From a virus (Duplodnaviria; Heunggongvirae; Uroviricota; Caudoviricetes), in IMG/VR virus record IMGVR_UViG_3300045988_155985: a stretch of DNA of 48,901 nucleotides, one strand, 5' to 3'. A program made the position numbers and the translations under genes. This document shows, piece after piece, positions 8,400-16,440 of this stretch. Each line of letters opens with the position of its first letter. The first letter of the stretch is position 1. The notes under the pieces are model-generated. The model saw only the letters and a program-made list of their open reading frames with translations, did not search any database and was not told the DNA's origin.

Positions 8400-9970
8400 A
8401 TATTCTTGATCGAGTTATTGCGCCGTTTTCACCTCAGAGGGCATTAAATCGAGCTTTGGCAAGAAAACGGTTAGAAGCACTTGAAGGTATTAATAACCTT
8501 GGATATTCACGTCATGGTGCAAGCACTCATAAAAAATCATTAAGGGGTTGGTTTAGTAAAGCTGGTTCTCCTGATGATGATATTGTTAAAAATATAGATA
8601 AATTGCGTGAGCGTTCTCGTGATCTCTTCATGGGAAACCCGCTATCTGTTGGCGCAATAAAAACTATCAGGACAAACGTTGTTGGTTCCGGTTTAAAACT
8701 AAATGCGAACATTGATGCCGATTTCTTGGGGATGACGCAGGAAGAAGCGCGAGCATGGGAAAAGCATGTTGAGCGTGAGTTTAGATTATGGGCTGATTCT
8801 CCAAATTGTGATGCATCAAGAATGTGTACTTTTGGACAATTGCAATCATTGGTCCAAATATCTGCGTTAACATCTGGCGATATATTTGCTGCGCTACCAG
8901 TTATTAAGCGTAAGGGTGTTATATATGATTTGTGCGTCTATTTAATTGAAGGTGATCGTGTTTGCAATCCAGAGGATCGTTTTATACCAAATCTTTACGG
9001 TGGCGTAGAGGTTGGTGAATTTAGCGAGCCTGTGGCGTACTGGGTTGCAAAACATCACCCAGCCGGGACTTCTGGTTTTGTAACCCGCAAGTGGGAACGT
9101 ATTCCCGCATATGGGAGTAAAACAGGAAGAAGAAATATTCTGCATGTCATGCAGGATTTTGAAAGGCCTGGGCAACGCCGTGGCGTTCCTGTCCTTGCTC
9201 CTGTAATTGAAGCATTGAAGCAGTTAGGACGATACACCGATGCTGAATTGGTTGCTGCGGTTGTGTCAGGGATGTTTACTGTCTTTATTAAAACAGACGC
9301 TCCTGATGGACCAGTCGGTGAATCGGGTATCCCTCAGTACGAGCAGATCGATAACCATGATGATAACACCCAAGAAATGGGGAATGGCTCCATAGTAAGT
9401 TTGGGTGAAGGTGAGTCGATAGATACAGCAAATCCCGGGCGACCAAATACGGCATTTGATGGTTTTGTTGTCGCCATATGCCGTCAAATTGGGGCTGCTT
9501 TAGAACTCCCTTACGAACTCTTGGTAAAGCATTTTACAGCAAGTTATAGCGCAAGCAGGGCCGCATTACTTGAAGCCTGGAAAATGTTCCGTATGCGACG
9601 TGACTGGATGGTTCAGTCATTTTGCCAACCGATCTATGAGGAATGGTTGGCCGAAGCCGTTGCTAAAGGTCGTGTTATTGCCCCTGGTTTTTTTTATGGG
9701 CCTGAATATCGCGCTGCATGGAGTGGCGCTCAATGGTATGGCCCATCACAAGGCCAATTAGATCCCCTTAAAGAAGTCAAAGCTGCAAAACTGCGTGTTG
9801 AGGAAACATTCTCTACCCGTGAAAAGGAAGCGGCTGAAATGTCAGGTCTTAACTGGGAAGAAACCGCACAAATTTGTGGCAGAGAAGAGAATGCTCGCCG
9901 TGAGTTGGGGCTTATTAATCCTCCTGTTTCTGAGGTAAATGAACAAAATATGGAGACTGATGATGCCTAA
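8396..9970 (+). CDS. portal protein, lambda gpB-like
   Basis: 524 aa; position after TerL/W; overlapping start. Confidence 0.8.
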   Translation: MNILDRVIAPFSPQRALNRALARKRLEALEGINNLGYSRHGASTHKKSLRGWFSKAGSPDDDIVKNIDKLRERSRDLFMGNPLSVGAIKTIRTNVVGSGLKLNANIDADFLGMTQEEARAWEKHVEREFRLWADSPNCDASRMCTFGQLQSLVQISALTSGDIFAALPVIKRKGVIYDLCVYLIEGDRVCNPEDRFIPNLYGGVEVGEFSEPVAYWVAKHHPAGTSGFVTRKWERIPAYGSKTGRRNILHVMQDFERPGQRRGVPVLAPVIEALKQLGRYTDAELVAAVVSGMFTVFIKTDAPDGPVGESGIPQYEQIDNHDDNTQEMGNGSIVSLGEGESIDTANPGRPNTAFDGFVVAICRQIGAALELPYELLVKHFTASYSASRAALLEAWKMFRMRRDWMVQSFCQPIYEEWLAEAVAKGRVIAPGFFYGPEYRAAWSGAQWYGPSQGQLDPLKEVKAAKLRVEETFSTREKEAAEMSGLNWEETAQICGREENARRELGLINPPVSEVNEQNMETDDA

Positions 9971-11027
9971 TTGGTGGGAAATAAAAAATAGCACGGGTGA
10001 AGATGACACTCCGGCTGAGCTTTTAATATACGGGTATATTGGTGAATTTGATGAGGTTTCTTCTTCTGACATAGTTAATAAATTAAAGGATATTTCATCA
10101 AATGCTATCAACGTAAAAATTAATAGTTATGGTGGTTCTGTTTTTACAGCTCAAGCTATTCTTTCTTCATTAAAACGTCATAAGGCTAATATTACAGTTT
10201 ATATTGATGGTATTGCTGCATCGGCTGCAACCATTATTGCAATGGCAGGTGATAAAGTTGTTATCCCATCTAATGCTATGATGATGATCCATAATCCGTG
10301 GACATGGGCAATGGGGGATGCGGATGAATTGCGTGATATTGCTGAGATGATGGATAAGATACGAAATAGTATTTTATCTGCATATAAGGAGAAGACAGGA
10401 CTTTCTGAAGATAAGTTAATTGAACTAATGGATCAGGAAACTTGGCTAAATGCAGAAGAAGCTGTTGAGCTTGGGTTTGCTGACGAAGTTGAAAAACCAA
10501 TGCGTTTATCCGCTTCTATAAAGGAAGGGATGCTTTCGCTCAATGGAATAACTTTTGAAGCATCAAGGTTTTCAAAATTACCTGATTCGCTCGCAAAGTT
10601 GCCACAAAATAAAAATGAATTATCTACTGAATTAAATGAACAAACCGAGGACGATGTTGTGACTCTTGATGAATTAAAAAATAAACATCCAGAATTATAC
10701 AATCAGGTTTTTAATGCTGGTAAAGACGAGGGCGTTAAATCAGAACGCGAGCGCATTGAAACAATCGAGAATAGCGTGATTCCAGGTCATGACGACCTGG
10801 TTAAGAATGCAAAATTCAAAACGGGAGTTTCTGCGGCTGAACTTGCTTTGGAAATTATGAATGCAGAGCGAGCGCGTAACAAAAACTTTCTTAATCAACG
10901 GCAAGAAGACGCAAATGAGGTGAATGATTCAGTTGATGTTAATCAACCAGAAAACAACGGTGATAAACAAGCTGAAGTAGTAAAAAATGTTATTGGGTCA
11001 GTATTTAAAAACCGCGATAAAAATTAA
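9960..11027 (+). CDS. prohead protease (ClpP/S49-like) with C-terminal scaffold-like region
   Basis: NSYGGSV and GIAASAATIIAMAGD motifs typical of ClpP-like serine proteases; likely start ATG 9960 after GGAG (track start 9939). Confidence 0.75.
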   Translation: MMPNWWEIKNSTGEDDTPAELLIYGYIGEFDEVSSSDIVNKLKDISSNAINVKINSYGGSVFTAQAILSSLKRHKANITVYIDGIAASAATIIAMAGDKVVIPSNAMMMIHNPWTWAMGDADELRDIAEMMDKIRNSILSAYKEKTGLSEDKLIELMDQETWLNAEEAVELGFADEVEKPMRLSASIKEGMLSLNGITFEASRFSKLPDSLAKLPQNKNELSTELNEQTEDDVVTLDELKNKHPELYNQVFNAGKDEGVKSERERIETIENSVIPGHDDLVKNAKFKTGVSAAELALEIMNAERARNKNFLNQRQEDANEVNDSVDVNQPENNGDKQAEVVKNVIGSVFKNRDKN

Positions 11028-11036
11028 GGTGAGTTT

Positions 11037-11420
11037 ATGCGAGAGTCTTTTTCATTTGAACCAGATAATCTGATTATTTCTGGTGGTATGCCAGCAATTA
11101 CAACAAGTATTAAACTTGCCAGCGGTAAAGTAAATCGAGGTGAGTTGCTTGCTTTTGTCAGTATTGATCAGACAACAAATGTTGTCACTGTAGCACCAAT
11201 AAATCTCTCTGGTGAGGGGGTGGCAAAAGAACCGTATTGTATCGCTCAACACAGTATTGATGCGACTGATTCAGCGCAAGTTGGAACAGCATGGCTGACC
11301 GGAATGTTCAATGCACATGCGGTTATCCTTCCTGAATCAGCAAAGATTGCCGATGTATATCTGGCTTGCCGGAAGGTTGGGATATTCCTTAACACCGCAC
11401 AACAAAATCCATCTGCATAA
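11037..11420 (+). CDS. head decoration/accessory protein (gpD position)
   Basis: 127 aa between protease and major capsid gene; assignment by synteny only. Confidence 0.4.
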   Translation: MRESFSFEPDNLIISGGMPAITTSIKLASGKVNRGELLAFVSIDQTTNVVTVAPINLSGEGVAKEPYCIAQHSIDATDSAQVGTAWLTGMFNAHAVILPESAKIADVYLACRKVGIFLNTAQQNPSA

Positions 11421-11440
11421 TATAAAGAGGTCGTATTTTT

Positions 11441-12484
11441 ATGCCGAATATTGATATTTTTGAACGACGTACAATGCTTGAGCCTGTTATTCAGAATTTC
11501 AAGGCTCGTCGTTTTCTTCTTCGTACCTTTTTTCCTGGTGTTCAGACCTTTAATACAAAGAAAGTTGATCTGGATTTTGTTCGCGGTGGCCGTACTATGG
11601 CTCCGTTTGTTGGTAAAGGTTTTGGCTCAAAAACCGTTGAGCGACGCGGCTTTGTAACGAGAACTCTGGAGCCACCACTTGTTGCACCTGATTTGGTAAC
11701 AACAGCAGAGCTGCTTTTAAACAGGCTTCCGGGTGAGAATATTTACAACGCAAAATCGCCAGCAGAACGAGCCGCCGAGCAATTAGGTAAAGATTTGCTT
11801 GAGCTTGATGAAATGGTTAACCGCCGTGAAGAATGGATGTGTGCACAAGTCTTGTTTACGGGGCAGGTTGATATTGTTGGTGAAGGTGTGGATGACACAG
11901 TTTATTTTTGGCCTGAAGAGGAAGGAGATAAACCATATCTTGAACTGACAGGTGATGATTTATGGAGTGCAGCAAAATCAGATCCGTTGGTCAATGTTCG
12001 CAACTGGAAACGTCGGGTATCACTAACTTCAGGTTTTACACCTCGTGTTGCCGTAATGGGCGCAAAAGTTGTTGATGCTTTCGTTAAAAATGAAGCAGTA
12101 ACTAAATATCTTGATAATCGCCGAAAAGAGCTTGGGTATATTGAGCCTAAGGAGTTAGAAGAAGGCGTAACTCATTATGGCAATCTTGAAGGTGTCGATT
12201 TTTATGGTTACGACGAACTTATTCGCAATGATAAAACAGGAAAACCAGAACCATTAGTACCGGAAGATAAGATCCTCTTTGGCTCTCCTGGTCGAGGAAC
12301 GATGCTGTATGGTGCTGTAGAGCTTGTAGATGACGCCGAAAAGACTCTAACGATTGTTGAGTCACCACGAGTTCCAGACACCTGGGTAACTCGTAAGCCG
12401 GCTGGCCGTTATGTTGCCATGAAGTCATCTCCACTGCCTAATCCTGGTGTGGCTGATGCCTATCTGGTGGCTAAGGTGGTTTAA
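11441..12484 (+). CDS. major capsid protein, lambda gpE-like
   Basis: 347 aa; N-terminal FLLRTFFPGVQTFNTKKVDLD resembles gpE FLRLFFRESYPFTTEKVYLS. Confidence 0.8.
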   Translation: MPNIDIFERRTMLEPVIQNFKARRFLLRTFFPGVQTFNTKKVDLDFVRGGRTMAPFVGKGFGSKTVERRGFVTRTLEPPLVAPDLVTTAELLLNRLPGENIYNAKSPAERAAEQLGKDLLELDEMVNRREEWMCAQVLFTGQVDIVGEGVDDTVYFWPEEEGDKPYLELTGDDLWSAAKSDPLVNVRNWKRRVSLTSGFTPRVAVMGAKVVDAFVKNEAVTKYLDNRRKELGYIEPKELEEGVTHYGNLEGVDFYGYDELIRNDKTGKPEPLVPEDKILFGSPGRGTMLYGAVELVDDAEKTLTIVESPRVPDTWVTRKPAGRYVAMKSSPLPNPGVADAYLVAKVV

Positions 12485-12877
12485 ATGGCCAGACTGATTA
12501 AAAACATTGATACGATAAGCCACGGCTCGCTAAAAGCGGGCCGTTTGCTTAATGGGCTAATGGATAACTCCAGAATTGCCGAACTGATTGCGTCAGGACA
12601 TGCTATTGCCACCGAAGAGGATGGTGATTTGGCATCGGCCGGGGGCTATGATGCTGCTAAGTTAGCTTTTGAGCATGGATACGCATCTGCTGTTAATGAT
12701 GCTGTGGACGCGGGGTTGATTACGCGAACGGAGGCGGGTAGCTGTGTATTCGAGGTTGAGTTTGAGGATGATGGCGGCAATGAGGAAACGGTTGCTGATG
12801 ATTCATCTGAATCTGTAGCTACTTCTGATACCAGTAATGCGAAAAAATCAACGCAAAAAAAAGGTAATAAGAAGTAA
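12485..12877 (+). CDS. hypothetical head-associated protein with acidic C-terminal tail
   Basis: ORF track; synteny. Confidence 0.4.
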   Translation: MARLIKNIDTISHGSLKAGRLLNGLMDNSRIAELIASGHAIATEEDGDLASAGGYDAAKLAFEHGYASAVNDAVDAGLITRTEAGSCVFEVEFEDDGGNEETVADDSSESVATSDTSNAKKSTQKKGNKK

Positions 12878-13221
12878 TGAACTCCTTCAAAGAGGTTATA
12901 GCGCAAGATATTTCTGCAATATTCCTCAATGAAAAAGAGTTTGCCGATACATATAACATAGACGGCAAGGATATCCTTGCCGTTATTGATACAGACCTTA
13001 TTCATGAGCGGAATAAACGCTCATATGCTGAGTTTGCAGAGGGAATAAATCAGGGGCAAATAATATTATTTGTTTCAAGAAAAGATTTTCCTGTTCTCCC
13101 TGTCAAAGACCAGTCAATGAAAATCAACGGTAAAAATTATATTGTTGATGAAGTATCAGATAATGTTGGTGTATTGGAAATAACTCTCACTGTTAATACT
13201 AACAGAGGAATGCCGATTTGA
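12877..13221 (+). CDS. putative head-tail connector/adaptor protein
   Basis: Size and position between head and tail genes. Confidence 0.4.
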   Translation: MNSFKEVIAQDISAIFLNEKEFADTYNIDGKDILAVIDTDLIHERNKRSYAEFAEGINQGQIILFVSRKDFPVLPVKDQSMKINGKNYIVDEVSDNVGVLEITLTVNTNRGMPI

Positions 13222-13703
13222 TTAATCTTTTGATAGATGCAATAAAAAATCGGTTGGAACATGAGGTTTTCCATGATTTATTAGTGCAGGGGCCTCCTTA
13301 TGATGAAACAGACAGCGATATTAAATTGTTTGTTCCAACAATATTTAAAGGGTACTTGCCTCCTAAATCACAACCATCTCCAGATAAACCGCCAGAATTT
13401 CCTCATGTGATTATCAGGCCCACGGAAGGAGGAATGCAGCCTGAAACGGATGAAGTTAAGGTTAAGTTTCTTCTAGGTGGTTTTTGTGAGGACCATACTG
13501 GATATGAATGGGTAATGGCTCTTCTTGAAAGGATGATGTTTCATTTTCAGGAGAAGCCTTTACTTGAAGAGAAATTTCTCTTTCAGGGCGATATCAGATG
13601 GCGAATGTTTGATGATCAACCGTATCCATATTGGATAACGGAAGCAACTGGAACGTGGCTAGTATTAAAGCCTCAGAATATTCAGTCTCAGGAGTTTATC
13701 TAA
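13218..13703 (+). CDS. putative tail completion/neck protein
   Basis: Synteny; TTG start overlapping upstream stop. Confidence 0.4.
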   Translation: MINLLIDAIKNRLEHEVFHDLLVQGPPYDETDSDIKLFVPTIFKGYLPPKSQPSPDKPPEFPHVIIRPTEGGMQPETDEVKVKFLLGGFCEDHTGYEWVMALLERMMFHFQEKPLLEEKFLFQGDIRWRMFDDQPYPYWITEATGTWLVLKPQNIQSQEFI

Positions 13704-13994
13704 ATGGCTAATAAGAAAAGTAGTAAAGAAGATATAGAAAAGAAGGAAGATGTTGCTCAAACATTTGTATATATAGGACCAACAATCCCTCAACTCTCAA
13801 TTTTGAAGCATAAATTATTTAAGAATGGCTTATCTCCAGAGTGTAAAAAATTAATATCACATATTCCTGGTGCAAAGTGTTTGTTTGTGGCAACCAGTGA
13901 TTTTGCAGATGCAGAGAAAAGACTTTCTGATAAAACCAGTGTCGAGTATGTAATGTACTCTAGAGTTTCTTCTTCTATCATGGAGATTAAATAA
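13704..13994 (+). CDS. hypothetical protein, 96 aa
   Basis: ORF track; ATG start. Confidence 0.4.
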   Translation: MANKKSSKEDIEKKEDVAQTFVYIGPTIPQLSILKHKLFKNGLSPECKKLISHIPGAKCLFVATSDFADAEKRLSDKTSVEYVMYSRVSSSIMEIK

Positions 13995-15457
13995 TGGGAT
14001 ATCGCCACGGTATTTATATATCTGAACTGGCTACATCTATAACTCCTCCAGTGCAAGTTAGTGCTGGGTTGATTGTCGCATTTGGTACGGCTCCTGTTAA
14101 TCAGTTAGAAGATCCAGCCTCAGCGGTAAATAAACCTATCATTGCTTATACATACGCAGAGGCCGTATCTAAAATAGGATATAGCACAAACTTCGAGAAA
14201 TATACTTTAAGCGAAGTAATTAAAGTCGCATTTGGAATATATGGTGTTGCGCCAGTTGTATTTATCAATGTGCTTGATCCAGCAAAGCATAAGAAAGACG
14301 TTACTGATGAGTTAGTAAAACTTTCTGGCGGGAAAGGTACGCTCTCTAACGATGGTGTCTTATATAAATCTGTTGTTGTGAAAAAAGCAGATGGTGATTC
14401 GCCTGGGTTAACGGTTGATACCGATTATGTGCTGGCGCTGGATGATAATGGCTATACGGTCATTACAGCTATTAGCGGAGGAAAAATTACCGAAAAAGAC
14501 GCTACTCTTAAGGTTAGTTATACGCATCTTGATCCCGGTGCCGTAACTAAAAATGACATTATCGGTGGTGTGGATTCCAACACTAAAGCCAATACAGGGC
14601 TTGAGTTACTGTCAGATGTGTATCCCCGCTTCAAGTTAGTTCCTGGACAAGTGATTGCACCTGGATTTAGTTCTGATAGTGAAGTTGGTCAGCTAATGGC
14701 GGCTAAAGCCGCGCTGATTAGTGAATTGTTCAAAGCAGAAGCTATAACGGATGCGCCGACCGATAAATCTACTATCAGTGATTACTCGGCTGTTCCTGAA
14801 TGGAAACAGAACAATAATCACATGGCCGCTAACCAGACAGTGTGCTGGCCGATGGTGAAACTTGGTGACAATATTTACCATCACTCAACCCATTTAGCGG
14901 CCGCAACATGCTTGCTGGATAGTCAGTATGGTGATATTCCATCACGTTCTCCGTCAAATATAAAACTACAGATGGACGGTGCTGTACGTAAAGATGGCAG
15001 TGAAGTATGGCTTAACATTAGCCAGGCAAACTACTTAAATGGACAGGGGATTGTAACAAGCCTTAATTTTGATGGTTGGAAATCATGGGGAAACCGTAAT
15101 GCTATTTATCCAACATCTACAGACCCCAAAGACGCATTTCGTGTTTGCCGACGTATGTTTAACTGGGTGGGTAATACGTTAATTCTTTCGCATTGGTCAA
15201 AAATAGACAATCCTGCAAACCGTCGATTAATTGAATCGATTGTTACAAGTGCGAATATTTGGCTTAACGGCCTCACAGGTAATCAGGATATTGCAGGTGG
15301 TGTTGTTACCTTTGATCAGTCTGAAAACACGATTACGTCATTAATGGACGGGATTGTTAAATTCCATGTAAAAATGACACCATTCTCACCTGCCAGAGAT
15401 ATTGAGTTCGTCATGGAATATAATCCTGATTATCTGCTGAACTTGTTTTCTGAATAA
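13994..15457 (+). CDS. tail sheath protein
   Basis: 487 aa immediately before tube, chaperone and tape measure; myovirus order. Confidence 0.8.
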   Translation: MGYRHGIYISELATSITPPVQVSAGLIVAFGTAPVNQLEDPASAVNKPIIAYTYAEAVSKIGYSTNFEKYTLSEVIKVAFGIYGVAPVVFINVLDPAKHKKDVTDELVKLSGGKGTLSNDGVLYKSVVVKKADGDSPGLTVDTDYVLALDDNGYTVITAISGGKITEKDATLKVSYTHLDPGAVTKNDIIGGVDSNTKANTGLELLSDVYPRFKLVPGQVIAPGFSSDSEVGQLMAAKAALISELFKAEAITDAPTDKSTISDYSAVPEWKQNNNHMAANQTVCWPMVKLGDNIYHHSTHLAAATCLLDSQYGDIPSRSPSNIKLQMDGAVRKDGSEVWLNISQANYLNGQGIVTSLNFDGWKSWGNRNAIYPTSTDPKDAFRVCRRMFNWVGNTLILSHWSKIDNPANRRLIESIVTSANIWLNGLTGNQDIAGGVVTFDQSENTITSLMDGIVKFHVKMTPFSPARDIEFVMEYNPDYLLNLFSE

Positions 15458-15473
15458 ATAATAGGAGGTTGCT

Positions 15474-15995
15474 TTGAGCAATCAAATTCCTGAGAGACTT
15501 ATTAACTTTACAGTATACGGTGAGGGAAACCGTATTATCGGTGTTGCTGACGCAAAGCTGCCATCAATTGAGATGATGACAGAAACTGTTAGTGGTGCAG
15601 GTATCGCTGGAGAGCTTGAGAGCGGAACGCTGGGGCATTTCAAACCAATGACTGTCTCTCTTAAATGGCGAACTCTGACCTCTGCTGGTACAAAATTATT
15701 TCTATCCTCATCGCATCAGGTAGATTTTCGCGGTAGCCAGCAGGTTTATGATGCAGGAACAGGGAAATATAAAACGGTTCCTATTCGGGCTTCAATGAAG
15801 CTAAACCCTAAAAAACTGGATTTAGGTTCGCTACAGGTGGCAAAGGCTACTGATTCAGAGAATGAATTTGAAGTTCTCTATATCAAATTATTTATTGATG
15901 GAAAAGAAGTCCTGGAAATTGATAAGTTGAACTTTATTTGTATCTTTGATGGTGAAGATATATTAAAAAGCGTTCGTGATGATTTAGGTTTATAA
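15474..15995 (+). CDS. tail tube protein
   Basis: 173 aa after sheath; TTG start 5 nt after AGGAGG. Confidence 0.7.
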   Translation: MSNQIPERLINFTVYGEGNRIIGVADAKLPSIEMMTETVSGAGIAGELESGTLGHFKPMTVSLKWRTLTSAGTKLFLSSSHQVDFRGSQQVYDAGTGKYKTVPIRASMKLNPKKLDLGSLQVAKATDSENEFEVLYIKLFIDGKEVLEIDKLNFICIFDGEDILKSVRDDLGL

Positions 15996-16004
15996 GGTGA
16001 CAAA

Positions 16005-16286
16005 ATGGAAACCGTTAAATTAAGTAAAGAATATCGTTTTGAAGACTTTGAGCCGGTGACTGAACTCAACCTTGATTTAGACAACCTAAAAGGCAGTGAT
16101 ATTTTAGAGGTATCGGACTTACTGCAATCTCAAGGGCATGTTTCAGTTCAAACATCACTTGATAATAAAGTCCATGCAGCCTTGGCTGCTCGCTGTATTG
16201 GTCGTCCAATAGAGTATCTGAATGGATTACCAGCGAAAGACTTTGTTAAAGTTTGTCAAAAGGTACAGAATTTTTTGCTCTCGTAG
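16005..16286 (+). CDS. tail assembly chaperone (G-like), 0-frame product
   Basis: Position between tube and tape measure; ends just after slippery heptamer. Confidence 0.65.
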   Translation: METVKLSKEYRFEDFEPVTELNLDLDNLKGSDILEVSDLLQSQGHVSVQTSLDNKVHAALAARCIGRPIEYLNGLPAKDFVKVCQKVQNFLLS

Positions 16287-16435
16287 GTTTTGATGAGCAA
16301 AAACCTATTGATAAGCAAATAATGAGGGCCGCGAGTTCTCTATCTCAATCATCTCAATCAACACCTATATCCTACTGGCTTTCGCTTCGGTTGAGGCGAA
16401 TCGTCGCATGGATTGACGTGTTTAATGAGGATTAA
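16253..16435 (+). CDS. -1 frame extension of the tail chaperone (GT-like product), not an independent gene
   Basis: Overlapping ORF in -1 frame relative to 16005-16286; heptamer T_TTT_TTG at 16271-16277 in X_XXY_YYZ register. Confidence 0.55.
   Translation: MSKGTEFFALVGFDEQKPIDKQIMRAASSLSQSSQSTPISYWLSLRLRRIVAWIDVFNED
16271..16277 (+). other. programmed -1 ribosomal frameshift slippery site TTTTTTG
   Basis: Codons aaT TTT TTG in frame of 16005-16286; -1 frame continues to 16435. Confidence 0.55.
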
Positions 16436-16440
16436 TACTA

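Noticed and set aside
16253-16435. Independent 60-aa gene overlapping the tail chaperone
   Set aside because: No own RBS or start context; it is in the -1 frame directly after a canonical slippery heptamer, so it is read as the frameshift extension.
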